Origin: Octopus vulgaris
Taxonomy: Eukaryota
Direction: 5' to 3'
DNA: 64,000 nt
NCBI GenBank assembly: GCA_951406725.2
Contig: OX597815.1
Span: forward strand, 110,732,001 to 110,796,000
The position numbers were made by a program, and so were the translations under genes. The notes beneath the pieces are model-generated. The model did not search any database, was not told where the DNA came from, and saw only the letters and a list, made by a program, of their open reading frames with translations. Positions 1 to 12,838 of this stretch are shown here, piece by piece; the first letter of the stretch is position 1, and each line of letters starts with the position of its first letter.

Positions 1-67
1 ATTATTCGTATTCTTCGTAATCTTCCTTTACGTTTTTCCCGCGTGATCTCTACACTTATTATTTATA

Positions 68-200
68 GGCGTAGCGTGGATGTGTGGTAAGAAACTTGTT
101 TCCCAACCACATGGTTCCTGGTTCAGTCCCACTGCATTGCACCTTGGGAAAGTGTCTTCATGGCTGCAGTCAAATGACTGAAACATTTAAATGAATAAAA
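68..200 (+). mobile_element. tRNA-derived SINE family A, internally deleted copy. Other copies: ~5992-6065(+), 15128-15275(+), 23803-24032(-), 25820-26270(-), 26585-26972(-), 28550-28855(+), 29700-29890(+), 59457-59615(+), 61100-61270(+), 63430-63560(+), 63945-64000(+)
   Basis: Head ggcgtag..gtgtggtaag..ggttcagtcccactg (Pol III A/B-box-like), ggcaccttgggcaagtgtctt core and gcagtcaaatgactgaaac tail recur throughout the window. Confidence 0.85.
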
Positions 201-232
201 GAATATATATAATACACCATACACATATACAA

Positions 233-235
<3 letters not shown>

Positions 236-265
<30 letters not shown>

Positions 266-318
266 TGTTTTGTGTGTGTATATATATATAATCATATATA
301 TATATATATATACATACA

Positions 319-370
<52 letters not shown>

Positions 371-393
371 CATACATACATACATACATACAT

Positions 394-479
<86 letters not shown>
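236..479. repeat. Compound microsatellite (TATG)n/(TA)n/(CATA)n/(CA)n; similar tracts at ~3208-3306, 3945-4017, 5902-5991, 9725-10058, 14880-15125, 15655-16025, 16880-17190, 20497-20730
   Basis: Directly visible; these produce the YI/HT/CV-repeat pseudo-ORFs. Confidence 0.97.
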
Positions 480-483
<4 letters not shown>

Positions 484-609
484 AGACAGACTCATGAATA
501 GATTGACAAAAATGAGGGAAAGAGAAACAGATACTGCGGCAAGTGAAGATCACCTTTTGCATGCACCAGGTAAAATTGGTGCCAGGGAGTTTAAAAAATT
601 ATACAGGGG

Positions 610-1010
610 TTTTTAAAACACCGCTTTGCATACAAAATATCACACCACCCCATGATCAAAGAGATGTGAAGGAATTTTCCCTCCGAGCAGTTTTCTCAAA
701 AGCGACTCATTTACGGCGGACTTGAACATCTTTGTCCTTCCAGATCAACAGATTTCAATACGTGAAACCCTTGGCTCCGGGAAAGCATTGAAATCCAAGA
801 TGTATAACAGATATTCTTCCACCCCATCATCATCATCATTGTCAATATCATATCACCAATACCACTACTACCGTTACCTCTGTCAGTATTGAAATCTCGA
901 TCACTTGAACGAAAGCACCAATCACAATGACCCCTGAAATAACGCATGAGGGGACAAGAAGTATTACAATGCACTTGGTAAAAGGAGATCATATTGAACA
1001 AGTACTTTGA
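610..1010 (+). mobile_element. Highly decayed Tc1/mariner-type transposase remnant
   Basis: Frameshifted pieces QNITPPH, LCPSRSTDFN, WLRE..LKSKMY and HIEQVL* resemble QQDGAPxH, WPxRSPDLN, W..LKxKVY and GxHIE motifs. Confidence 0.45.
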
Positions 1011-2956
1011 AAACCCACAATTCTTTACACTTGTATTTCCCGTTCAAATGAAACATCTGTAGTTTATGGTTATTTTTCTGTTATTCTTTTATCTTTTTTC
1101 CATTATTTTGTTTCGTATCTTCTTCCAATTCAGTTTAAAAATTGTATGAATTTAAGAGCTAACAACCATCAAAGCGGCGATAATCTTAGAGAATGCATTA
1201 TTGTGTATGTTATCTGGAAATTTATATCCATAATAAGGTTTCACGCTTCTGTCGTTGTATTTATATCCTTATTTCAAGCTACTATCTACATATCAATACC
1301 GTGCTTTCAAGCTAGTCACTAAATCGTTTTGCCTATTCATTTATTTTCTGCTGCTACATTAGTTTTTCTCGGCTATCAGAAGTTTTATATCCAATATACC
1401 AGTCTCATGTTGACATTTAAAACTTTGGACAAACTGCAACCCACGGGACTTTCTGAATAGCACGCCTAACGAAAACTTACCCCGAATTTTTTTTTGTTTT
1501 GTTTTGTAGTGTGGCCTACCTGATGATGAGGCATGTCTTAAGCGGCCAGCTTCTCGAAAAACTTTATCCATACCTGCTTTATACCCTAACTGTAGCTTAA
1601 TGCGGTTATTTCACCATAATTTCACGTTGATATTTGTAACTTATATGGATACAATTCTTTGGTTCCGTCCTGTTATCTTATTGGATATCTACAATATCCA
1701 TTAGAAGTTCGTTAGTTTTACCACTTTTATCTTGCCTACATAACCAGCGCTAGAATAACCATTTAGCAAAACAAGCACGTGCTTAAGGCATCAGAGGAAG
1801 AGGAACATCATAGAAATGTTAAATGATTGACAGCACTAAAGAAATTACGTTAAACTTGCTAAAATAATATTCGAAGTGGTTTATATGATCGGAAATACAA
1901 TTTTGAAGTGTTCATGGTACTTTGGTGTGGATCTTATCAAAAACTTTGCAATTAAAAAAAGCAGGAAAAAACTCTTCAAATAGAAATAAGGTAGAGGTAC
2001 ACAAACATAAAAATTATTTTCCATCTTATTGTTAGTTTTGTTTCATAAAAAGTTATTTTATTGTTTATTATTGTTAATATTTTGAATTACATATACGAGG
2101 GGGCACTAAAATCATTTACGTGCTTAGGATTTCTATGGGGTTTAATCCGGCCTTTTATATAACTAAGATATTTTCGGTATATGAACATAACCTTCATTTA
2201 ACTTTTGTTCATTGTTAATTTTTTTGGTTGTGCTTATATATTCTAACTCGTACGTTTTTATTTCTTTTCAACTAATTACATTACATAACTTAGACAGCTA
2301 TACATACACATAGTATCTAGTGCAAGCGTAAATGATTTTATCTAGAATCTGAAAGTAACATAATATAAATACTATTTTAATTTTAAATAGGATTTACATC
2401 CAGTAATTCCATATTGCTTTAATTCACTGTTGCTATATTCATTCAGCCTATCATACAGATAATTCTCAATTAAGTAACTATTGTAATTTATGTAGTAGTT
2501 CACGTGTTAACTGCTACCAAAAACAATTTTTTTTCTTTCCAAACATTTATCAATACTTTGATATTTTGTTTTGTAATATTAAACTGTTTGTGTACCACAG
2601 AAAGGTCATACATATCAAGAAAGTCTTCCAAGTCATGAGGCAGGGAAACTTTATAATCAGAAATGAATCTTACGAAGTAGCATTAACTCTCTATATCGTT
2701 CGATTTTTCTCAACCGATCAATGGGCCGATTGAGTAAACCTATCAATATTGAGCCTATAATGACTACTGGAAACAGTTGTAAGTAAAATTTATGATAATA
2801 AAGAATATCTCAGCACCACTATTTATTCCTTTAAATTGCATATCACTCGGTGTAAGAGCCAGTATAAGTGGGACGTAACCACGAATTCACATTATGGAAT
2901 GGTGTTGAACTATAACTTCGGACCTTGCCGGAGTTCTTTACTAAACTAAACAATAT

Positions 2957-3173
2957 TGGTTTCAAATTTGGTTACATCGCCAGCAATTTCGGTGGAGAGG
3001 GTAAGCTGATGACGTCGACCCCAGCGTTCGACTGGTACTTATTTTATCGATCCCGAAAGGATGAAAAGGCAAAGTCGACCTCGGCGGAATTTGAACTAAG
3101 AACGTGAAGCCGGACGAAATACCTCTAAAACATTTCGCCCGGCGTGCTAACGTTTCTGCCAGCTCGCCGCCTT
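2957..3173 (-). mobile_element. tRNA-derived SINE family B (Meta/MESC-like core); other copies ~25235-25472(-), 25882-26013(-), 30750-30922(+), 35430-35637(-), 55070-55255(-)
   Basis: Head aaggcggcgagctggcagaaacgttagc, B box gttcaaattcc, core gcctttcatcctttcggggtcgataaa..agtaccag repeated many times. Confidence 0.85.
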
Positions 3174-3203
3174 AAAGCTAAATATTGATTGATAATCCCT
3201 CAC

Positions 3204-3309
<106 letters not shown>

Positions 3310-3314
3310 TGTGA

Positions 3315-3800
3315 ATGTCCATGTCTCACTGTCGTATAATAGCACTGATACCCTTTAGTGAACACATTGAGAAATGCGCAAAGCAGCTGCTACCACAATT
3401 TGTAATCTTTCCATTTTATCAATGTGACATTGGAACACCAACACAAGTTAGATTAAATAAGGAAACCTACTTCATAGAAAAATATAAGCCAAGACTTAAC
3501 CATTTCTAGCATTTTTAAATAAGGGAACTTACCTCATTAAAAAATATATAAAGCAAAACCTAACCACTTCCAACATTCTGTCCTTTCTAAACTAAATCAT
3601 GTTAACTTAATAGAACCTAGTCATTCCCAAAATTTATGATTATCTCCATTATATCGAAAAAATCCCTGATTACCTTCCCCTGTCTGGAACTCTCATACTT
3701 CACATCGTAACGAAGAGATGACACAATCTCGGTAAAGAAATTTGAGAAATTTGAAAAGAAAATACGAAACCGTTATTTCTCCAAAAACAAAATCACTATA
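3315..3800 (+). mobile_element. Penelope-like element 3' remnant (GIY-YIG endonuclease C-terminus)
   Basis: SEHIEKCA..FVIFPFYQ..RLNKETYFIEKYKPRLN* matches the R..E..FI....P.LN end of PLE GIY-YIG domains; abuts (TA)n/(TG)n. Confidence 0.65.
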
Positions 3801-3944
3801 CGCAAAATTTTCTAACATTTTTCTAACATAACAACTTAATTATATTCTTTAACCATATAACACAAGTCTTCTGTAGTTTTTACTCTCTATTTTACTTTTT
3901 ATATATCCAAACACGTGCTTTCACATACCAACTCTCTCAGCCAT

Positions 3945-4020
<76 letters not shown>

Positions 4021-4929
4021 GTGTGTGTTTGTATATATGACCGCAGCCGCATGGCTGAAACGAGTAAAAGAGTATACACACACACATATATGTATGTTTG
4101 TGTGGATGTATAATATTTGTTTTATGTAGTTATTTAAACTTTTTAACATTGAACTGAAGGATCACTTAATACTTTTTAGTGAAGTATATATTTATTAACT
4201 CTTACAAATAAAAGTTTCATGATGACTAAGCAGTTTCAGCTTACTAGTGCTTAGCAGGAAACCTAACGACGGCTGGTGAACTGTAACTTTGAAGTGAAGT
4301 CATTGTCAAGCTTTCTTTTGTAGAAACTACTTTGTGTGTGTGTGTGCGTGTGTGTGTGTATGTGTGTATGTGTGTGTGTGTGCGTGCACGCACGACTCTG
4401 TGTTTTGATGGTTGCTGGATCAGAACTGAATTGGGGGTCTTAGTTACTACAATAATGAGATAGAGAAGCATATATCAAACTGAAATGATAACACTTGTTC
4501 CCAAACTGGATGGTAATACAAAAAAGGGGGGAAAAAAAAAAAAGAAAAATATATGGAAAAGGGAACAAAAATATATATATGCGAGGTGATCACTAAATAA
4601 TTTATTTCTTATGAAGTTTACACAACAAATTGAAGATATAGTTTTACGTAGGTTTTCTGTAGGTTTTCTTAAACATGTGCATAAGGATTTTTAACTGTTG
4701 ACATATCTTTAGAAGAAGGCGGAACCAGCTTTCCGCTCACTTGTCTCTTGCTACAGAGTTTGATACGCGCCTTGATATAGAGACAATAAATAAGCAAACA
4801 GTTGAATAAATAAAAATAATACAAGAAGTTGAAGAAACAACCAAACAATAAAATATACGGATGATATAGTAACACACATATTTATGGCATATGTGTGTTG
4901 TGTGTGTGAATGTACATATATATATATAT

Positions 4930-4979
<50 letters not shown>

Positions 4980-5021
4980 CAATAATAATTCTCTAAAAGA
5001 GATATAGACAGTAACTGCTCG

Positions 5022-5285
5022 ATAACATAAGGGACTAAAGCCATCTGAATATGGCTAGGGACAGGGCAGGGTGGTGGGGGTGTTACTGTTGCATTTAGCC
5101 CCAGGCGAACATCGACGTCACCAGAAAGGCTCGACACCGTCACACCTCCCTTTGCAGGATAAGGACACCGTGACGGTGTCGAGCCTTTCTGGTGACGTCG
5201 ATGTTCGCCTGGGGCTAAATGCAACAGTAACACCCCCACCACTGCCCTGTCCCTAGCCATATTCAGATGGCTTTAGTCCCTTATG

Positions 5286-5289
<4 letters not shown>
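5022..5289. repeat. Near-perfect long inverted repeat (arms 5022-5143 and 5170-5289, 26-nt spacer)
   Basis: Arms are exact reverse complements except a 2-nt indel. Confidence 0.95.
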
Positions 5290-5320
<31 letters not shown>

Positions 5321-5412
5321 CATACATGAATGTGCATACACAAACACTCATACACACACGCACACACACACACACATATGCCTGTACATACATACACATA
5401 TATATATATATG

Positions 5413-5865
5413 TTAGAAATTACGAAAACCTCGAATGCAGGAGAACAGCTGTGAAAATAGCTTTAGAAAATCGGGTAAAGTACTCCTACAGACGAAATAA
5501 AAAGGCGGCTAGGTTACCGTTTCACAGAATCGAAATCTGAACCTCTCAAACTCTGGCTGAGTGATTTTTGCTATTGAGCTAACCGATCTTTGGTCGCTCA
5601 CCGGCTTTTATAACGGTATATAATAGCATTTTGGAATATGGGAGCATTTTATAAACAAACATTGAAGCATCGAGCGGGTGACAAAATGATGGTATATTTT
5701 GACTCGGTTGCACAGATCCTCAGTTGGAATGTGAGAGGTGCAGAGTTCGATTCTCTGTAACGGCTGTTGGTCACTTTTTCCCATCCATAAGGGTACTTTA
5801 CCCAAATTTCTGAAGCTATTTTCACAACTATACTCCCGAATTCTAGATTTTCTTAATTCCATAAA
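5413..5865. repeat. Diverged inverted repeat pair (~5413-5580 and ~5700-5865) with tRNA-like inner ends
   Basis: gtgaaaatagctttagaaaatcgggtaaagtac pairs with gtactttacccaaatttctgaagctattttcac; B-box-like gagttcgattct near 5743. Confidence 0.7.
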
Positions 5866-5909
5866 AACATTTCACCGACTCGATGCTTTACTGTTTGGAG
5901 AGAGAGAGA

Positions 5910-5995
<86 letters not shown>

Positions 5996-6277
5996 TGGTT
6001 GTGTGGTAAGAAGTTTGATTCTCAACCACATGGTCCTGGATTCAGTCCCATCGTGTGGCACCTACATAGAACATTTTGCCATAAGCTGAACGATGGTTAT
6101 ATAAATATATAAAAATCGAACAATCAATTTCTTTATTGATACTAAAAAATTCACCAATGATAGCTGCCTCACGTGTGTATGTGAATTTTAGACATAGAAT
6201 TCTGAATACATGAAAACACTTGTTTTTGCATGCGAATTGATGAAACCATAACGTGTTCTGCATTAACAAGTATATAC

Positions 6278-6675
6278 TTTTCTACTCTAGGTACAACATC
6301 TGAAATTTTGGGGGAGGGGGGCCAGTCGATTAGATCGACCCCAGTGCGTAACTGGTACTTATTTAATCGACCCCGAAAGAATGAAAGGCAAAGTCGACCT
6401 CGGCGGAATTTGAACTCAGAACGTAGCAGCAGACGAAATACCTATTTTTTTACTACCCACAAGGGGCTAAACACAGAGAGGAAAAACAAGGACAGACAAA
6501 CGGATTAAGTCGATTATATCGACCTCAGTGCGTAACTGGTACTTAATTTATCGACCCCGAAAGGATGAAAGGCAAAGTCGACCTCGGCGGAATTTGAACT
6601 CAGAACGTAACGGCAGACGAAATACCTCTAAGCATTTAGCCCGGCGTGCTAACTATTCTGCCAGCTCGCCGCCTT
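6278..6675 (-). mobile_element. SINE family B tandem dimer
   Basis: Two head-to-tail copies of the gaccccgaaag..cggcggaatttgaactcagaacgta unit. Confidence 0.85.
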
Positions 6676-6683
6676 CTTAACAA

Positions 6684-6737
<54 letters not shown>

Positions 6738-6739
6738 AA

Positions 6740-7545
6740 TCCAAACGGGAAACAAAAAAACAACAACAATGGAACAATTACAGTATTATTATTAATAGGC
6801 GCTCAGGAAATGGAAGCAGGGAGGTATGACGTTTCGAGCGGAGCTCTTCGTCGGAAACATAAAGAAAGAAGAGAGAGGAAAGAAAGATCCCGGAGCGGGC
6901 AACGGAGATAGAGAAAAAAACGACTGGTGTTAGGAGTTACACATGGTGAAAGGCGGATGTTTACGATAACAAGAGCAAAGTGGGTTTTTAAAGGCAAAAG
7001 AGTGGAGACAAGGTTGGTAACGCAACAGATGTGTGTGTATGTGTGAGTGTGTGCGTGTGCGTGTGTGTATGTGTGTGTGTGAGGCGAGATAAAAAAAAAA
7101 ATATATGTATGTGTTAGTGTGTGCGTCTGTGTGTAGGCGTGTGAGGTAGGGCGAGACGGTGGTCAGCATAGCAGCAGCATAGCAGACAAAGGTCAGTAGT
7201 AAGAAAAGGGAGGAAGGAGGAAGGGAGGGAGGGGAAGGGGTGGGGGCGTATGTAGCGTGCCAGCGTGTGTTGAGTAGTAGTGTGTGTGTGTGTCCAGTGT
7301 CGTGGTAGTATTAGTGGCGAGTAGATTGAATGTGTGTAAGAGTAATGTATATGTTTAAGCAATGTGTGTATATGTGTGCGCGTGTGTGTAACGAAAAAAA
7401 GGGGGGGGGGTTAGGAAAAGGACTCCAGCGGAGGGGAAGATGGAAGAGTGGTCCCGCGGAGACGGGCGTGGGAAAACCCAACGACAAGCGACATCCCAGG
7501 AACGGGCGGGAGGTCTCGTCGGGTCCAAGGGCGAGGTGCATGCGG
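6740..7545 (-). mobile_element. Probable Penelope-like element 3' end / pseudo-LTR with hammerhead-like motif
   Basis: Minus strand 6860-6825 reads CCGACGA-A-GAGC-tcc-GCTC-GAAAC-GTC; GC-rich degenerate stretch at 7410-7545; bounded by (TA)n and (TG)n. Confidence 0.5.
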
Positions 7546-7559
7546 CGCGCATGCGTGCG

Positions 7560-7721
7560 CGAACCGGCGCAAGCGCGTGTGTGCGCGCGCCTGCGAGTGT
7601 GCGCGTACGTATGTGTGTGTGTGGATGTGTGAGTGTGTCTGTGTGTATGTCTGGGTGGCAGTGTGTCCGATGAATGTATGTGAGTATGTGTGTATATATG
7701 TGTGTGCATAGATGTATGTCC

Positions 7722-7752
<31 letters not shown>

Positions 7753-8342
7753 AGTGTGTATGTATGTACGTGTGGGTGTGGGGAAGTGTGTGTATGTGCA
7801 TGTGTGTGCGCGAACATACAGGTGTGTGAGTGAGTGCGTGTGTGTGTATGTATGTGTGAGTGTGTATGTATGTGTGTGTAGGATGCATGTATGTGTATGG
7901 GTGTATGTATGCGTGTGTGTATGTATGTATGTGTACGTGCGTGTGTGTGTGTGTATGCGTGTAGGTGTGCGCGTGTGCATGCGTGCATGTATGTGCGTAT
8001 GTGTGTGTGTGTGTGTGTGTGTAGGTGTGTAGTGTGTGTGTATAGGTGTATGTATGTAAGTATGTATGGGTGTGTCCGTGTATGTGTGTATGTATGTGTG
8101 TGTATGTAGCTGTGTGGGCGTGTGTATATGTGTGTGTATGTAGGTGTGTGGGCGTGTGTATATAGGTGTATGTATGTATGTCTGGGTGTGTCCGTGCATG
8201 TTTGTGTGTGTGTGTGTATGCATGTGTATGTAGGTGTGTGTGTACGTGTGTAATGTATGTGTGTATGCGTGTGTATGCGTGCGTGTGTGTATGTAGGTGC
8301 GTGTGTATGTGTGTGAGAGTGTAGGTGTATGTGGGAGTGTAG

Positions 8343-8380
<38 letters not shown>
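7560..8380. repeat. ~800-bp degenerate (TG)-rich cryptic simple repeat
   Basis: Directly visible; source of the 342-379 aa His/Thr pseudo-ORFs. Confidence 0.95.
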
Positions 8381-8383
<3 letters not shown>

Positions 8384-8905
8384 GAAAAATACAACATGGA
8401 CAAGAACGTATAAGTCTTAGAAGACGATACAATAAACACGGACAGGACATTCGAAACCCTCAGTCTTCAGTCAAGAACCGGATCATCGTAGTAATTTCGG
8501 CTGATTAATCTTGAGATTACTAGATCACGGCCAGCCCTCCAAGAAAAACTAAGCAACGAGCATTAGAAAAACTAAGCTGGGAGCGTAGATTTCCTGGAAG
8601 AAGGATCGAATGCATACGGACACCAGGACAGCAAAAGGGACGAATATAAAAAAACAAAAAAATAATGGAATACAGAAACATGAAATACAGAAGCATTAAC
8701 GGTGAAAACAACAACAAGTGTCTTACGACTGATAACAAGCAAACAAATTTTTCTCTGGCGCAAGGAAAGGAGCCTTATCGGCGATGCCTATAGCGGCGGA
8801 CGAAAAACAACGATGTTAACACGACGCTGGTCAGAAGCTGAAAGGCAGATTTCGGCCAGCAGTCACGTGACAGAGAAGAGAGAAAAGAAAAGAAAGAGAA
8901 GCAAC

Positions 8906-8941
<36 letters not shown>

Positions 8942-9722
8942 GGACAAACGCAACAAAGAGAGAGAAGAGAGAGAAAGAAGGAATCAGAGAGGAGAAGGGA
9001 TGGGTGTCGAAGATTGACCTGTGAGTGCAGAGCGAGACAAAGAATTAGGAGGGTAGTGGAAGATTAGACCAAAGAATCAGAGGAAAGAGAAGAGAAAAAG
9101 AGGATGAGTAGAGAGAGAAGGGGACAGATCAAGTAAAAGTGAGAGAGAGAGAGACAAACAAAGAGTCGTACCAGTTATTAAGAATATGTGCTCACATTAA
9201 TGTTAAGAGGGTACGTGGCGCCTGGAATATATGTTAAGGTATGTAGAAAAATACAACATGGACAAGAACGTATAACTCTTAGAAGACGATACAATAAACA
9301 CGGACAGGACATTCGAAACCCTCAGTCTTCAGTCAAGAACCGGATCATCGTAGTAATTTCGGCTGATTAATCTTGAGATTACTAGATCACGGCCAGCCCT
9401 CCAAGAAAAACTAAGCAACGAGCATTAGAAAAACTAAGCTGGGAGCGTAGATTTCCTGGAAGAAGGATCGAATGCATACGGACACCAGGACAGCAAAAGG
9501 GACGAATATAAAAAAACAAAAAAATAATGGAATACAGAAACATGAAATACAGAAGCATTAACGGTGAAAACAACAACAAGTGTCTTACGACTGATAACAA
9601 GCAAACAAATTTTTTCTCTGGCGCAAGGAAAGGAGCCTTATCGGCGATGCCTATAGCGGCGGACGAAAAACAACGATGTTAACACGACGCTGGTCAGAAG
9701 CTGAAAGGCAGATTTCGGCCAG

Positions 9723-9724
<2 letters not shown>
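8379..9724. mobile_element. Two near-identical ~483-bp direct repeats (8379-8861, 9241-9724) around a GA-rich spacer; Penelope-like pseudo-LTR arrangement
   Basis: Copies differ at only a few positions (identical 72-aa ORFs in the track); (TA)n on both outer sides; no TG..CA LTR ends, PBS or PPT seen. Confidence 0.7.
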
Positions 9725-9786
<62 letters not shown>

Positions 9787-9974
9787 AAGAAAAATAAGTT
9801 GGCTAGCAGCGAGCTGTTTCGCCTCATACCGAAGGAATTAGAAATGGCAGTCAAAGACCGTTTTTTCCATTTCTATAAGTGGAGATTCCAAAAACATATG
9901 TATATATATGTATATAGATATATATGTATATATATATATATGTATATATGTATATATATATATATGTATATATG

Positions 9975-10060
<86 letters not shown>

Positions 10061-10137
10061 ATTAGTCATTTTCCCAAATGTTTGCGAATATTTTCCTTAC
10101 TTCGATCCTTTGATTAATCACTATCATAAAGCTCAGT

Positions 10138-10530
10138 GTAACGACCCAAGAAACGTGTCTACTCTCCAATTGATGTAACGAACCAAGAGACACGTGTCTA
10201 CACTCTAATTGGTGTATTGTGTACTTTGTTTCTAAGTACAAACATTTATTAATTTATGTAATGCCCCAACAGGCACGTACCTACACTCCAATATATGTAT
10301 TGTGTACTTTGTTTCTAGGCACAAACATTTACTAATTGATATAACGACTCAAGAAACTTGTCTACACTCCAATTGATGTATTGAGTACTTTGTTCTAAGT
10401 ACAAACATTTATTAATTGATATAATGACCCAAGAAACGTGTCTACTCTCCTATTGATGTAACGACCCAAGAGACACGTGCCTACACTCCTTTTGATGTAT
10501 TGAGTACTTTGTTTCTAAGCACGAACATTC
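10138..10530. repeat. Two-module minisatellite, order A-A-B-A-B-A-B-A-A-B
   Basis: A ~ taacgacccaagaaacgtgtctacactccaattgatg; B ~ tattgtgtactttgtttctaagtacaaacatttattaattgata. Confidence 0.9.
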
Positions 10531-12329
10531 TTCACTCCATGGCTGATTGCAAGTTAGGAAACAGTGTAATAAATTACTGAGCTGTCTTCAGACTTCAGAT
10601 TGAATTCAAATGTTTGTAACAGAATAAACTATGCCCAAAGGTACATGAGGACCGGATTGTAGTCTTAAACTGAAACACAAATTAAGTTATCCTCTAATTC
10701 GGTTTTACAGAAAAACCTGTATTGACAAAAAATTCAATGAAGAAGCAGTATTCAGAGTACCAAATCAATTATTTCCAGTTGCAGCTAAAAATGATAGTAA
10801 TATTGTTATCGAGTTGGCTACAAATCATACACGAAAAACATGACACGGTCAACACAGAACGTGTCTGACTGTAACTCTTGGATACGTGTTTACCGAATTT
10901 CGAAACCGAACAACGATTTATCGAAATTGTTAGTGATTATCATTTTGGATTATCATATTTAAGCGAACTTATGATAAAACATTTTCCAGTTGTGACCATC
11001 TTATTTTTTCTCTAGATTAATTATGCAATGTATCCTTCCAGTTCTAAAACGGTAAAACTGACATTTGGAAGATTTGGTTCTTATTTCTAACAGGATGATT
11101 AAGCACATAAAGGTTTCCAAATTCTAAATTCAGCAAGAAGAAAATACCAGCCAGTAGTGATGTATGACACGTGTTTAAGACACATGGCTGACCTCAGGGC
11201 AAAGCGAAAGACAATAAAATATATAACTGTTAAGAATTGGACTAATTAGCCACGAAAGACACATAAATAATTAAAAACTACACATCGCATAAACTGTTGG
11301 ATATCTGATATGATAACAAGGTAAAATATATATGTATTCATTTCAATGCACGCATATATACATTCAGACCCATCGACATAGCTGTATATGCAAATATTTA
11401 ATTACTTAACATGTGTTTGAATATGTTAAACTGACAAGGCATAAATTTTCACGATTGATTATCAGCCTATCAGATTTGCTTGATTCGCCGAGCAAATAAG
11501 TAAATATTGGAGTAGAAAATTAAGTGTTCTTACCAGTTCTCTTAGGGCACCAGAGATGAATAAGACCAAACTAATTTAAATCGGGATAATTCAATTTGTC
11601 AGTCGTTCTTGAGTATAGTCGTCGTCATGTATCATACGCTTTTTGCAGCGCGTTGATGATATTACAACAAACGACTTCCCATTTAAGCGCGAGTTCCGGT
11701 ATCGGATGAAGCCATAGCGTTACTTCCTTCTGATATCCTCATAGTGTTTTCTGGGCTAAAATATTGGGGTTGTTTACTATTGCCTTCTCCAACTGGATGG
11801 CCGCTAGCCCGCAAGGATCTCGTCCGTTTTTCGATAGGTCTTGTTTTCAGTCCTGCTGGATGTCTAGACACCCTCCTCACAAAAGTAGCAAGCTGTGGAG
11901 GGGCCAGTTTAGTTGCTGACCACTCGACCAGGAACAGCTAGTACTGGTTTACATAGTACCTGTAACAGGTTTCCTCAGTCTGTGATGAGATCCCTAAACT
12001 GACAATGTATAAAATACCCAAATTGCATTAAAGATATATATTCGAAAATAAAGGTTTGATTCTGAGTAGTAAAGATTTCACAAATTCTAAGTTGGTCTGA
12101 CTGTCATTCGATAAATTTACTTCGTTCTCATAAGCTGAATGGAGAAAAAACATCAAACCGATGAACAAAAGTATCCTTTGCTTTGGTGGGAAATTCCAGT
12201 CCTGATTAAAATTTCACTAAAATTTATGTCAAATTTCAATGAAGTTTAGAATCAACAGTTAACGGCTTACAGCTAAACAATAGAAAAAGCCATGCTTGAG
12301 ACAGTAAGATAATAGTCCACTTTTCATAT

Positions 12330-12838
12330 TAGAGGGTAAGCGAAGCATGTAGAGGAAGATTTCGTATACAGAACCATGACTAAATTGCTGAGAACAAGCC
12401 GCCTCATCGATGGTCACTCGATGAAGTGGCATCTCTCGAGCTTGTTGAGTCAGTGTTGAAGGTTGATGGCAGTCCTGATCCCTCTTCGTCTTCCGTGGTT
12501 GTCCCATCAGTTTTAAACTTCTCAATCCACTCATACACACTTCGACTCATTAAAGTGCTGTCCTCGTATTGTACTGAAAGCTTGAGATGAATTTCAACCC
12601 CTAACACACCTTAAGACCAACGAAGTCGGGTGACTGATCTCTGTACTTCCTTGGTTATACTGCTTGCAGAGTGGCTATGTTTTCTCTGTAAAACAAGAAA
12701 AAAAATGGACCTCATCATGGTTAAACCTAAGTTACGTAACTGAACATGTACTATTTTTTGCATGCGAGCGTTGAAAGCAGTGCAGTCAACCCAACGAAAG
12801 TTTTGACGAATCTCCATGTAATTTTTTACTTCCCTTGT
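12330..12838 (-). mobile_element. Mariner-type element 5' remnant (TIR plus decayed HTH region)
   Basis: GVEIHLKLSVQYEDSTLMSRSVYEWIEKFKTDGTTTEDEEGSGLPST matches the mariner HTH..W...F..G....D..RSGRP pattern; TA-CAAGGG end at ~12838. Confidence 0.75.

Noticed and set aside
4751-5260. Near-identical ORFs on both strands
   Set aside because: Consequence of the palindrome, as are the twin ORFs at 27971 and 29383 from TIRs
7311-8450. Longest ORFs in the track (379 and 342 aa, His/Thr-rich)
   Set aside because: Translations of (CA)/(TG) simple repeats, which lack stops; the same holds for all YI/CV/RE/HT ORFs
10138-10530. Possible CRISPR array
   Set aside because: The would-be spacers are copies of each other
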